In this document: in pieces, positions 42,701 through 51,736 of the stretch
Layout of the letters: the number at the start of each line of letters is the position of its first letter
How positions within the stretch are numbered: position 1 is the first letter of the stretch
IMG/VR virus record: IMGVR_UViG_3300022562_000354
Span: 32,001 to 96,000 of that record
Strand: one strand, 5' to 3'
Origin: a virus
Length of the DNA: 64,000 bases
The notes under the pieces: model-generated
What the model was told of the DNA's origin: nothing
Databases searched by the model: none
Seen by the model: the letters and a program-made list of their open reading frames with translations, nothing else
Position numbers and translations under genes: made by a program

Positions 42701-45143
42701 AGAAGATCGGGTTGCCCGTAGGGAACGGACCAGGGGCGTTGCTCTGAACCGTGAGGTTCCCATCCAACACGCTCGCCGTCCCAACCCCAAGACGCTGCCA
42801 GGGTGCCGTCAGGTCGTTCTCAGGGAGCGTGTCGGCCGTGTACGCCACGGTCGTAGATTCGAGGGTGCGTTGTAGCGGCGGGTAAGCGATCCGGTGGATC
42901 GGGGTGTTGAGAACGAGCAGGTTGGGGTCATTGAGGGCAACCGAATAGGCCCGCTCGTACGCCTTGTAGTGCAGCTCCCGGAGAAGCGGTTGAACGAGGT
43001 CGGCGCGATTGTCGTCAGGCTCGAAGGTCGCCGGCTGTACCGTGACATTGCGGTAGCGATACGTATGCTGCGTCGGGTTCTTTCGCCCAACGTCGTTCGT
43101 CCAGTTGTTGAGCCTGAACTCCTTGGAATTGAGACGGCGAAACTCGATCGTAGGGTCTTTGATCCAATGGTAGTCGATCTTGACGTCGTCGTCTGAGCTG
43201 GGGGCGGTGTAGAGAACGACCTGCCCTAGCAAGCCGATGACCGACTGCGCGGGGGTAACCACGTTGTTGACCCGAACGACAACGTCAACGGGGTCGTCGG
43301 CAATCTCTCCTGTTCGTGGGTCGATGAGCGCCCACGACAACGCCCCATTGTTTGGATCTGGGAGGCTGAAACTGGCCTGAAGACGTACCCGCTGGGCGGA
43401 CACGTACCCCGTGATGAGGTAGCTGCCTCCGTTGATCGTGGAGTTTCCAAGCTCGATACGAAGACCGACGTGGCTAGCGTTGAACGAGCTGTTGGGGAAG
43501 TAGACTTCCGTGGAGGTGAACTCGGTCGTCCCAAAAACGCTGACAGTGAAGGTTTGGATCTCCGCGTTGATTCCGCTCTGGAGAGTCAACGGGGGCTTCA
43601 CGATAGGCCCCTTGTCCGTGAAGATAGACCGGCTCACGAGGGGCGTAGCAGCGGAGAAGACGGCCTCGTTGAAGATGGGGTCGATGGGGTTACCGGCCGC
43701 GTCCTTGGGGGTTCCCGTCGCGTTCACGGTGAGCGTGTAAGACCCGTCAATGAATCCGGCTGTCTCAAGGGCGACGGTACGCTCATCGATCGCCTTGACC
43801 GAACGGATGGCGATGTCCGAAGGTCCCGTGAACGAATACTCGTCCACCGAGAGCAAGTCATCGTCGATCCGCATGGGCTCGGTGAACGAGATGACGACGG
43901 CGCCGTCCTCGGGGAAGAACTGGACGCTCTCGATCTGGGGTTTGGAACCAAGAGCCGTGAAGTCTCGTTGCCCGGAGAACAAGATCCCGAGCGTCGTCCG
44001 CACGTTGATGATGCGGCCCGTGTAGACCTTGCTCCCCGTCGATTCAGTCGTGTGGAGGTACGCTGCGGTACATCCTCGTGCGAAAGTCCACGATAGCTGC
44101 CCGGTTCCGGGTGTGAAACCAACCCCAGGAACGTAGGTCCCATTCAACGGGTCGTTGGTGGGAAGGTCTCGGTCGAGGATGAGCTTAGAGCCGTCAATAC
44201 CTACGATTCGGTAGGGAAGGAGAGGCTCAAAGAACGCCGAGCCAGAACCCGTAATGAAGAGGTAGCGACCTACGGTGGCCGCCTGCAAGAAGCTCCCGGT
44301 GACCGTGTCGAACACTCGGGATTGGAACGAACCGATGAGGGTCTCGACAACTTGACCTGACGTACCCGTGAGGATTGTGTCAATGACCGGCTCAACCCGA
44401 CCCACCGTTACTGAGATCGCTCCGTCGCTCTTGGCTTCGATAGAGTAGTGGTTTGAGTCGTTGACATCGTCGATCCGCATTTCTTGCGGAAATTCAACGA
44501 AAACGGTCCTCTCATCGACACTCGTGAACCCAAGCGCACCGACTTGGAGATCCTCAGAGATGTTGAGGGTGTCTGCCTGAACATCGACAACGGGGCCGTA
44601 GACTTGTTCGAGTGCTTCGACGAGCGAAACGGAGTCGTTCGCGTTCGCGACGAACGGGGAGATGTACTCAACGAACGTCAGGGTTTCCGAGACGTTCGTG
44701 TGAAGCCCAAAGGACACGCTGTCGCTGAGCGTGACCGTGTCGGCGGCGTTGATCGTCGCCCCTGCGATGTTGACCGTGTACTGGACGGCCAGCGGCTCAC
44801 CGAAAAGGTCTAGGGCGGCGATGTCGATGACAAGAGGATTGCCGTCCGCGAACGTCGGGTGCGTGGTGACGTTGACGTAGAGGTCCGGGCCTTCAAAGAC
44901 GATCGAGCCGCCGAACCCAGCCAGGAACTCGGCGTTGCGGATGACCTGAGCCCCGTTGAAGAAGACCTCCAGGGTCCACTCGTCAAACTCGGCCGGGGCG
45001 TTGACCTGGAACTGGATCGGGTCGTCAGGTAGTACGCCCGTGCCATCCGGGGGCGGGGTGGCGGCGACGAGCGAGATCCCGCCCGAGACGACCGCTGAGC
45101 CGCCGAACGGGGTAGTGCCGAAAGGATTTGTTCCGAAGCTCAC
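39729..45143 (-). CDS. Giant virion adhesin: Ig-like plus four ConA/LamG-like domains
   Basis: 1804 aa, GTG start. N-terminal FGTNPFGTTPFGG; Ig-like domains; four Y-x-[AG]-x-x-[LT]P...W starts and four W/F...H-x-Y-R/Q motifs. Confidence 0.72.
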   Translation of the reverse strand: MSFGTNPFGTTPFGGSAVVSGGISLVAATPPPDGTGVLPDDPIQFQVNAPAEFDEWTLEVFFNGAQVIRNAEFLAGFGGSIVFEGPDLYVNVTTHPTFADGNPLVIDIAALDLFGEPLAVQYTVNIAGATINAADTVTLSDSVSFGLHTNVSETLTFVEYISPFVANANDSVSLVEALEQVYGPVVDVQADTLNISEDLQVGALGFTSVDERTVFVEFPQEMRIDDVNDSNHYSIEAKSDGAISVTVGRVEPVIDTILTGTSGQVVETLIGSFQSRVFDTVTGSFLQAATVGRYLFITGSGSAFFEPLLPYRIVGIDGSKLILDRDLPTNDPLNGTYVPGVGFTPGTGQLSWTFARGCTAAYLHTTESTGSKVYTGRIINVRTTLGILFSGQRDFTALGSKPQIESVQFFPEDGAVVISFTEPMRIDDDLLSVDEYSFTGPSDIAIRSVKAIDERTVALETAGFIDGSYTLTVNATGTPKDAAGNPIDPIFNEAVFSAATPLVSRSIFTDKGPIVKPPLTLQSGINAEIQTFTVSVFGTTEFTSTEVYFPNSSFNASHVGLRIELGNSTINGGSYLITGYVSAQRVRLQASFSLPDPNNGALSWALIDPRTGEIADDPVDVVVRVNNVVTPAQSVIGLLGQVVLYTAPSSDDDVKIDYHWIKDPTIEFRRLNSKEFRLNNWTNDVGRKNPTQHTYRYRNVTVQPATFEPDDNRADLVQPLLRELHYKAYERAYSVALNDPNLLVLNTPIHRIAYPPLQRTLESTTVAYTADTLPENDLTAPWQRLGVGTASVLDGNLTVQSNAPGPFPTGNPIFWTRAVDLTFSHVFAATWRMKVNTATPNGVFTGIAVGWSDDQKAVVLGYLDDGGTRKLGFLKRGFGNKLADLSAWSGGILANDDPSGLPFDFDWSVLHSYRFFRGRDGIVKLFVDGEVVESLRIFDDELPFLEELNDPFDQLQGVYFGSLDRQAENESLWDVFRYLVLPTNPTQSTPSVFVSYEGSATPEDAIYPWTPIGYHGNETLLSGGQLLLDSTSATTQDAGLVGGDFRGFTRIEPLIQISADVVLDVDVQLRTYTHGIDPHAVMIAIDDGVRLIQLSFFPTLAQPKVSYPGRSLPGDATPDAWSSLGNASATMQGRILRISDTSLADGRVYYVEDTEGLASPDRIVAPAIDYYGEFKLQVVSFVNDATPVGFCGATIDIFDGDRAIGLLLREDAGVKKVAFHSDGTLLGPGSEFTFNWGDGQAHVYRIVKNTTGDLVSLFIDDDLLGNYPYTSFIASLGTPTISFGSSTGASVSAKSVVDWHYFNVWRAQPTSGVRKYVGIWKGSDSDSLIGYHLPLLASGHASVAGNVLTDPTADFATAGVVAGSDLVIDVGSNKGVYEVVGVGSTTLTISGVFPTIPSEVAYRIPDETDWTSPHRYRLVKDPGGSVSLLFDTNPTPIIRVDYSEVVLPSNKLGIPWAINNGLASITWGAFDPANISQTSWDFVRYGVTRSPTEMRIVPHHQFLNQRNVMSSPEHLFGSIAHDHTQFSSSSTGIPYPWNEYVENVGAIAFTRLNEGTPLVPSTQTYEVRRPTPTFEFVSGLNKPEDVLNNDGDFVTNDATTKVRLIVPDDVLYNCLDVFEQTEGEEDHVAPFSDEYNPIVLKLNWTKEVCAVYNADVLPENDPGFHTPWILESDDPGGVSANAFSSILTYSTSNSTNTIYRNHTPLTDPVGLSTKVTFRLKLLNDATAGTGDTGVRFGFNAFGLTAALAFVSTPLGDREVRLLDLNSNTTLGAIPFDFLDGDYHVYQLIKNVETGNVDFLIDPTP

Positions 45144-45186
45144 GCGACCACCTGGCTTAGCTTCGCGATAGGTAGGTCACCGAGCC

Positions 45187-45492
45187 TCAAACCACCCACT
45201 GTTCGGCGATGACTACATCCACAAGAGGGTTGGCTCCACACTTGGGGCCAGCGTACTCCGTCGCGGTCGGATCTGGAGCATCTTGTACGACCCACGTTCG
45301 ATAGGTCACGGTTGGAAGGCAATCGACGTCCAGCCCCCGCATTTTGAAGTAAAGGGTGAGTGTGACGCCGCTTGATAGGAAGGCGGCCTCTACCCCATCC
45401 TTGGTGACAAAACGGCCCTTCTCCGTGCCGTTGGCAAACAGCCCTGGGCTTACGGTGACAAGGTCAGTGAGGTAGCCGTCTCGTTCCGCCAT
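45187..45492 (-). CDS. Small two-Cys virion protein (paralogue of 46489-46833)
   Basis: LYFKMRGLDVDCLPTVTYRTWV...YAGPKCGANPLVDVVIAEQW. Confidence 0.75.
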   Translation of the reverse strand: MAERDGYLTDLVTVSPGLFANGTEKGRFVTKDGVEAAFLSSGVTLTLYFKMRGLDVDCLPTVTYRTWVVQDAPDPTATEYAGPKCGANPLVDVVIAEQWVV

Positions 45493-45495
45493 GCT

Positions 45496-46479
45496 TCAGA
45501 CCAACAACATCTGCGTGGAATCCCCAAGCCAGGGGAAAATGAAGCCTCCCGCTGCCACAAATTGACGGGTGCTAGCGTTGTTGGGGAAAGTGTCTCCATC
45601 CAAGACTGCATTGGCTTTCCACCATAGGTCAGGGACGACACCCAAACGAGAAGTATCCGGCGAGGTGAAGGTGGTAGCCCCTACTGGATAGAACGGCCAC
45701 TCCCCGCTGAATGCGCTTGCCGCGTTCATCGAGATGACAGCCAGATTCCCGCCTGTTGTTGCGGCCTCCCCTCCGAAATTGACGTTGATCGTGCCAACCG
45801 AACCTCTCGCCCGGACAGGGGGGCTACCAGCCGAAGCCCAAAACGTAGTGAGAGGGGCGGAAATACCCCCTCCGTTGTTCCCTAGGGCAACGCTGAGACT
45901 GGGGTTAGACCATCCCGTAGGTGGGTCGTTTGGCTTGACAAACATGAGGAAAGTGGGTTGCGCCGAACCCCCGCGCCAAACTTGAACAATGGTGCAAGCC
46001 CCATCCGTGGACTGCCAGGCGTGGACTTGATGCTGCGTGTCCGCGTTTGAAGACCATGTGGTTGTGGAAATGAGGACGATTTCATCCGTTGCGGTAGGGC
46101 GAGCGGTTGTCGTACCTCCCGTGAACCCAGCCGAGGGGGATACGATGATCGAACCGATGTACGCAACAGGGTGGTTCGCGTCGATGCAAAGCTCAAAGTT
46201 GGTCGCGATACCCGTCTGACGTAGGACAATCCACGAATGAGGGCTACCTGACGTTGCCTTGACGATGTTGGCGGAGGTGGTCCAACGGTCCACCGCATCC
46301 AAACCAGCCGTCGAGCTGTTACTGCTCCCTCGTACCACCCAAGGCAGCGTCCCGAACCCAATAAGCAGGTTCTTGATAACCCACCAAATGTATTGGTCCG
46401 TCGCTGCGGCAGTTCCTTGCGCAGTAACGGTGTTGTTTGCGCTGATCTGCCAGGTCTTTGAGAGGGTGGGTAGAGCCAT
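45496..46479 (-). CDS. Putative virion/receptor-binding protein
   Basis: 327 aa, rich in Thr/Ser/Gly/Trp; ends FIFPW like the adjacent ~405-aa family. Confidence 0.7.
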   Translation of the reverse strand: MALPTLSKTWQISANNTVTAQGTAAATDQYIWWVIKNLLIGFGTLPWVVRGSSNSSTAGLDAVDRWTTSANIVKATSGSPHSWIVLRQTGIATNFELCIDANHPVAYIGSIIVSPSAGFTGGTTTARPTATDEIVLISTTTWSSNADTQHQVHAWQSTDGACTIVQVWRGGSAQPTFLMFVKPNDPPTGWSNPSLSVALGNNGGGISAPLTTFWASAGSPPVRARGSVGTINVNFGGEAATTGGNLAVISMNAASAFSGEWPFYPVGATTFTSPDTSRLGVVPDLWWKANAVLDGDTFPNNASTRQFVAAGGFIFPWLGDSTQMLLV

Positions 46480-46488
46480 GGTCGTCTT

Positions 46489-46833
46489 TCAGAGCTGCCA
46501 GAGGTCCGCTATGATCTCTTCCACCAAAGGACCACCGCAAGGCAGGGCTCCGGGGTAGGATTGACTGGAGTTTGTTGTCACCCACGTCACGTATGTTGGG
46601 GAGCCGCAAGCGGAATCCCGAGCCCGCTTTTTGTAGTAGGTCGTCACGGATACACCATCGCTGGCGACACCGATGGTAGCTTGCGGGTGGTAGACACCCG
46701 CACGGTCCACAACACCCCCCGTCGTGTCGTCCAGAGCTTGCGTTGAACTTGCGTACGCCGCTTGGGCGTACGTTGCGACACCACCCGTGAGATCGTCGAG
46801 GTCGTTGTCCCCGTTGGTGTTCTGAGCCGTCAC
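46489..46833 (-). CDS. Small two-Cys virion protein (paralogue of 45187-45492)
   Basis: TYYKKRARDSACGSPTYVTWV...YPGALPCGGPLVEEIIADLW; GTGA overlap with the upstream gene. Confidence 0.75.
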   Translation of the reverse strand: MTAQNTNGDNDLDDLTGGVATYAQAAYASSTQALDDTTGGVVDRAGVYHPQATIGVASDGVSVTTYYKKRARDSACGSPTYVTWVTTNSSQSYPGALPCGGPLVEEIIADLWQL

Positions 46834-48056
46834 GGGAACGCTCCAGTGGTTCCTTCTCTAGTGACTCCAGAACCATGGGTCACCGTGTTGTTCCAAGGCA
46901 CGATGATCTTGGGTGTAGAGACCGTGGCCGTGTTCCCAAGGACAATCTTCCTAGCATCGGAGGAAGTGTCCAAGTTGGCGATGTTCGCCACCTCTCGGAT
47001 CCAAGGGAGCGAGCCCGCTAGACCCCCGTGGTAGTCATACGGACCCATAAGGATGGGCATCTCATCGTAGGTAGCCGGAGAGAACCATCGGTTTGGCTGG
47101 GCTGTCGTAGAGAGGACTTCATCGATCCGACCAAGGATGATCCCCCGGACGTCCGTGCCATAGGTCTCGACCGCAATGCCCCCCTGGATAGTCGAGTTCG
47201 TTCCGGCATAGTCTCCGTAGATGTTGCCCGTGCCCATACCTAGAGCCCCTTGCCCCTGCAACATAACGTATGGGTACGTTGGCGTGAGGCCCGCCCTTGG
47301 TGTGTAAATGCCGTGGTAATTGAAGGCGTAGAGACTGTTGTTGTAGTCCCAGTGGAACGAGAACCCATCGTAGTCCGCGACCATGTGGTAACGAACGGCG
47401 GTACCATCAAAGGCTCGATAGAATAGTTGAACCTGATTTTGCTGGCTGGTTACGTGAGACGGAGTTGAAGCTCCCGTCCCTACCACGGCGAGGGGTTGGT
47501 TGCTCCGGGGAAAGACGAACCGACCCGTCCCCCCGCTTGCAGGATTCTTCCAAACGGGATCGCCCTTGGCCGCCGCCCCAAGGTTGATGGTCCCGTTCCA
47601 TGGGTTGAAGTCGCCGCCAACCCCCACGGCCATTTGAATGCCAACCACCCCGGAGCCGCTGCTCAGACCCGTCCCTTGGATGACCCCGAAGATGGAGGCA
47701 GGGAGCCCGTTCGTACCGGAGTTGTAGGCTGCTCCTTGATCCGAGCGGGCGAACTGAACCAGTGTGTAGAAAGGCTGGGTACGAGGACCAGCGTAGGAGC
47801 CATTGGCGGGGCTGGTTGAAGCCGTCCTCCATTCCACGACGAAGAAGGCGTGGGTTTTGAATGGGGCGCCCCCATCATGGTAGTCCGTCCCGGTGCCCGC
47901 ACCATCCCCGTTCCAACGGGTGATGATCGTGACGACGTTTTGTGACTCCAGAAAGGTGAAGAAGTCGTAGACGGCTTTGAAGACTTCTTGGGCGTTCGTG
48001 TATTGAGTACCCGTGTTGGAGCGACACTCGACCTTGCCGTAGAAGGGACCGGACAT
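46830..48056 (-). CDS. Tandem-paralogue virion protein, copy 3
   Basis: 408 aa. GKVEC...AQEVFKAVYDFF, WNG....KGDPVW, VFPRSN, RYHMVADYD, GIYTPR.G..P.YP, IREVAN, VPW...TREG. Confidence 0.8.
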   Translation of the reverse strand: MSGPFYGKVECRSNTGTQYTNAQEVFKAVYDFFTFLESQNVVTIITRWNGDGAGTGTDYHDGGAPFKTHAFFVVEWRTASTSPANGSYAGPRTQPFYTLVQFARSDQGAAYNSGTNGLPASIFGVIQGTGLSSGSGVVGIQMAVGVGGDFNPWNGTINLGAAAKGDPVWKNPASGGTGRFVFPRSNQPLAVVGTGASTPSHVTSQQNQVQLFYRAFDGTAVRYHMVADYDGFSFHWDYNNSLYAFNYHGIYTPRAGLTPTYPYVMLQGQGALGMGTGNIYGDYAGTNSTIQGGIAVETYGTDVRGIILGRIDEVLSTTAQPNRWFSPATYDEMPILMGPYDYHGGLAGSLPWIREVANIANLDTSSDARKIVLGNTATVSTPKIIVPWNNTVTHGSGVTREGTTGAFP

Positions 48057-48067
48057 ACCTACATCTC

Positions 48068-49279
48068 CTAAAAGTTGATCCCCTCACGGAACAGACCTGA
48101 CCTGGGTTGGACCCCCTCGGGCCACGGAGCGCTGATTTTGATCGTGTTCCCAAGGTTGTTGGAACCACCGATGGTGATTCGCTTTCCGTCCGGACTCAGG
48201 GAGTAGGATTCTCGGTTCCCAACCTCACGGATGAAATCGATCTGACCGGCGTACCCGAAGTGAGTGGGCACCTCGTACATGAAGACAGGGATGGGAAACT
48301 CGTCCCACGTAGGGGTGGATGAGTATTGGTTGGGGTTGAGATAGGGGGACAAGGACTCCAAAGCCCCAACGTATCGATCGATGACGCAACCACGGACCTC
48401 ATCTACAGCCGGATTGGCGGACGGGATCCCCCCTCCATTGTTGGGGTTCGAGGTCATGCCTCCTGTACCAGCCGTGTTCCCAAAGACGTAACCTCTGGTG
48501 TACGGGAGAACGCTCGTGACCGTGCTTAGGCACACCATAGGGTAGTCCGGAGTGAAGCCGGGCCGTGGCGTGTAGAGACCGAAGTAGGTCATGGCGCAGT
48601 CGTCCGTCTCCCCACCTTCATAGAACATGACGATCGAATCATCGTCAGCCATGATGTGGTGCCGAGACACGGTGTGACTGAAGGCGTTGTAGTAGTGGGT
48701 AAAGCAGTTGTGGCGAAACGGACTCGCCCCACCAGGCCCATGTGTACCACCCGGCCCGTTGCTCCGAGGGAAGACCAAAACACCCGAACCCCCTGAAGGG
48801 GTTGCCCAAACGACCGCCCCCTTTGTGTTGGTTCCGAGCGTCCCACCCCCGTTCCATGGGTTCTGGTCTCCACCGATCCCGATGGCGAACTGAAGCCCTA
48901 CACGTGATTCGGATCCACCGCCTGCGGTGTTGTCAGCAAGACCTGGGTTACCAGGGGACGCCCCGAAAGTTCCGACATCTCCTCGATTCCACTGGATCAG
49001 GACGTACCAAGGAAACGTCCGAGGCCCCGTGTAAGAAGGGTTATCGGCCACCGTGTTCATTCGGAACACGGCGAAGGCGTTGTTCAAAAAGGGGTTCGCC
49101 TGATCCCAGTAGTTGACGTTCGCGGCACCCCCGCCCACCCCACCATGACGAGCGATCTCCGTCATGTTCGGATGAGAACTGAAGAAGTTGTACAGGTTCG
49201 TGAAGACCCCTTGGGCGATGGTATAGGAGCTGGAGACGTTGAATAGGCTCTCCACCTTGCCTTTGACTGTCCCCGCCAT
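48068..49279 (-). CDS. Tandem-paralogue virion protein, copy 2
   Basis: 403 aa; same motifs (HPNMTEIAR, GPRTFPWY, VFPRSNGPGG, GLYTPRPG, IDFIREV, REGINF). Confidence 0.8.
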   Translation of the reverse strand: MAGTVKGKVESLFNVSSSYTIAQGVFTNLYNFFSSHPNMTEIARHGGVGGGAANVNYWDQANPFLNNAFAVFRMNTVADNPSYTGPRTFPWYVLIQWNRGDVGTFGASPGNPGLADNTAGGGSESRVGLQFAIGIGGDQNPWNGGGTLGTNTKGAVVWATPSGGSGVLVFPRSNGPGGTHGPGGASPFRHNCFTHYYNAFSHTVSRHHIMADDDSIVMFYEGGETDDCAMTYFGLYTPRPGFTPDYPMVCLSTVTSVLPYTRGYVFGNTAGTGGMTSNPNNGGGIPSANPAVDEVRGCVIDRYVGALESLSPYLNPNQYSSTPTWDEFPIPVFMYEVPTHFGYAGQIDFIREVGNRESYSLSPDGKRITIGGSNNLGNTIKISAPWPEGVQPRSGLFREGINF

Positions 49280-49289
49280 CAGAACGACC

Positions 49290-50504
49290 TCACGGGAAAT
49301 TGATCCCCTGCCGAGTGAAGTTGCTCCGAGGAACGGCCGCCCCTACCGGGTTAGTCGCATCCGACTTCCACGGAACGGATAGCTTCGTCGCTTGGGAAGC
49401 GTTGGTCCCAAAAAAGACGCGGGAGCGGTCCGAGGTGCCGTCGTTGGTCCCCACGTCGTAGACCTCCCGAATGAAGTCGATGTGCCCCGCCAACCCGTAA
49501 TAGGAGGGAGTCTCCGATCCGATCACGGGGATGTTGTACTCGTCATACCTTTCATCGGAAAACATGTTGTTGGGGTGGGTGTAGATGTTGTGGAACTCAT
49601 CCGGACGACCGAAGATGACCCCCCTTACGTTGTTCGTGGCCACCGTGTTCCAAGCAACTCCACCGTTTCGGTTGGTGCCGTTCGTGGTCCCGTACAGCGT
49701 GTTCATCGCCAACGGGAGATTGTACTCCATGAGATGCACCATCGGGTAGTCGATGGTCAGCCCAGGACGAGGCGTATAGAGCCCGAAATACTGAGCCTGG
49801 TAGTTGTTGTCATCCGACTGGGAATTTAAGAACAGGATGCTATCGTCGTCGGCGAGGATGTGTAGTCGGGTTGGGGACTCAAAGCTGATCGGGTAAAACC
49901 CCGCCGAAGCCTCTCTGTTGGTGGCGTAGGAACCTCCAGGGCCGTTCGCTCGGGGGAAGACGTACGACCCCTGGAAGCCAGCCGGCGCCCCCGCCGTGGT
50001 CTTCCAAACGGGGGAAGCCTTGGTGTTCGTCCCAAGTGTACCGCCACCGTTCCAAGCGACCTCGCTGGTCCCTGGAGTCGTCCCCACCGGGATCGCAAAC
50101 TGCATCCCGAGGGTCGAGTAGGAGCCACCGTAGTTCGTGGAGTTGTCCACGACTCCAGGGGACGCTCCGGTTCCGTTCCAAGCCGACTGGTCGAACCTCG
50201 TCCACTGGACGTAGATGTACCAAGGGAACGTCCTTGAGCCTGCGTAACCGGAGGCCGCTCCGCTCTCCAACGTGGCGTCATTCATTCGGAAGACGCACCA
50301 GCAATTTGTCAGGAACGGGTTGGTTTCGTCGTGAAAGTTGACGCTGGCCGCCGTGCTACTGACCCCGCCGTAACGGGCGATTTGGGTCATGTTCGGATGG
50401 GAGTTGAGGAAATCGTAGATGCACTTGAACACGTTCTGGGCGTTGGTGTGCCGAGAACCCGTGTTGATGTAGCAGTCGATCTTCCCTCTAAGCGTTCCTC
50501 CCAT
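49290..50504 (-). CDS. Tandem-paralogue virion protein, copy 1
   Basis: 404 aa; same motifs (HPNMTQIAR, GSRTFPWY, VFPRANGPGG, GLYTPRPG, IDFIREV, RQGINFP). Confidence 0.8.
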   Translation of the reverse strand: MGGTLRGKIDCYINTGSRHTNAQNVFKCIYDFLNSHPNMTQIARYGGVSSTAASVNFHDETNPFLTNCWCVFRMNDATLESGAASGYAGSRTFPWYIYVQWTRFDQSAWNGTGASPGVVDNSTNYGGSYSTLGMQFAIPVGTTPGTSEVAWNGGGTLGTNTKASPVWKTTAGAPAGFQGSYVFPRANGPGGSYATNREASAGFYPISFESPTRLHILADDDSILFLNSQSDDNNYQAQYFGLYTPRPGLTIDYPMVHLMEYNLPLAMNTLYGTTNGTNRNGGVAWNTVATNNVRGVIFGRPDEFHNIYTHPNNMFSDERYDEYNIPVIGSETPSYYGLAGHIDFIREVYDVGTNDGTSDRSRVFFGTNASQATKLSVPWKSDATNPVGAAVPRSNFTRQGINFP

Positions 50505-50507
50505 CGA

Positions 50508-51680
50508 TCAACCCCATGTGAAGACGAGTCTGGCGTTGGTACACGTGACGCGATCCGTCGAGCCCCCCGTGGTCGTCATCCGAAGATGGACCTCGTAGTC
50601 CTTCACGTCTGCTGGGAGCGTGACGACTTGCTCCAACGTGTCCGGGATGGATGAGGCCGATGACAAGGGTGTCCCGACGTAACCCCCATCCGTCAAGTTG
50701 TAGAGTTGGATCTCAGCCACCTTGCCTACCGTGGCCTCAACCGCTGCGACGAACTTGATCTGCGTGTTGGAAGGGAACTGCGTGGGATCGGCTCGGCACG
50801 TACCGACCCGCGTGAAGATGTTTTGGTCCGTGGTTCGGTTGCCCGCTAGAAGCTCGATGATCTCGTACTTGCGGAGGTGTTGAGCTTCGGCGAGGTTGGC
50901 CCGAGCGGCTACCCAGTTGGTGCCGTCGTAAACAGCCTCAAGCTCGTACGTGATCGTACCGCTCGGGGGTGCCGAGATGGTGTTGATCGGAGATCCGCCA
51001 ACCCCGTTGTTGAGGATGAAGTCCCCAGCCCCAGCCGTCATGGCGACCAAGAAGCGGAAGCGCTTTCCGTCCGACAAGGCCGGGAGCGCCAGCTCCTCGG
51101 TCCTGTCCCCGGCCCCCGTCATCGCGATGACCCGATAGGGCTTCTCCGTACCATCCGTCAGGGTGACAGTGACGGGAGTGCCCGACGAATGGGTGACCGC
51201 TTGCGTATGCCCTACGTACCGACCAACCCGAGCCTTGAGGAACCGAAGATAGGCGTCGAGTTGGAAGTTCGTGGCGGCGTTCGCTCGGCCACCCCAACCC
51301 GCCTTCTGAGCCAAGGCGGTCTGGTTCGTCATGTTCCCCGTCTGCCCCGCAGACGGGAGAGTCAGAGCGTCCTCGTCTTCGACCCCGAAGAACTTGATGT
51401 CCGTCGTGGTCCCGTTGACGCCGTCCGTTCTCGTAAGGCGGACGATGTAGACCCCATCCGAGGTCGGGGTCACCGTCGCTACCTGCAACGTGTCGTTGGT
51501 GATGACCGGGGCCGACCCCACGGGAGCCGGCCAGGAGAGGATCTCCCAGAGGTAGGAGTCCGCGCCCGCACCCCCATCGTCCGTCAGCGTAACCGTCTGG
51601 TTCGGCTGAAAGCCGAACACGGACTGCCCGCTGCCGCCGATGACCGCACCTTGGGTGAACTGACACGTAGCTAGAGCCAT
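50508..51680 (-). CDS. Virion protein with an N-terminal PKD/Ig-like domain
   Basis: 390 aa; TVTLTD...SYLWEILSWP...TVTPTSDGVYIVRLT. Confidence 0.7.
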   Translation of the reverse strand: MALATCQFTQGAVIGGSGQSVFGFQPNQTVTLTDDGGAGADSYLWEILSWPAPVGSAPVITNDTLQVATVTPTSDGVYIVRLTRTDGVNGTTTDIKFFGVEDEDALTLPSAGQTGNMTNQTALAQKAGWGGRANAATNFQLDAYLRFLKARVGRYVGHTQAVTHSSGTPVTVTLTDGTEKPYRVIAMTGAGDRTEELALPALSDGKRFRFLVAMTAGAGDFILNNGVGGSPINTISAPPSGTITYELEAVYDGTNWVAARANLAEAQHLRKYEIIELLAGNRTTDQNIFTRVGTCRADPTQFPSNTQIKFVAAVEATVGKVAEIQLYNLTDGGYVGTPLSSASSIPDTLEQVVTLPADVKDYEVHLRMTTTGGSTDRVTCTNARLVFTWG

Positions 51681-51736
51681 CGGTTACGCCACCGCCCTCT
51701 CACACCTTGACACTTTACATGAGGACTCTCCGCTAA

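Noticed and set aside
45187-50504. Diversity-generating retroelement or invertible cassette behind the paralogue array
   Set aside because: No reverse transcriptase, no near-identical TR/VR pair differing at adenines, no invertase or inverted repeats seen; all copies are full-length and co-oriented.
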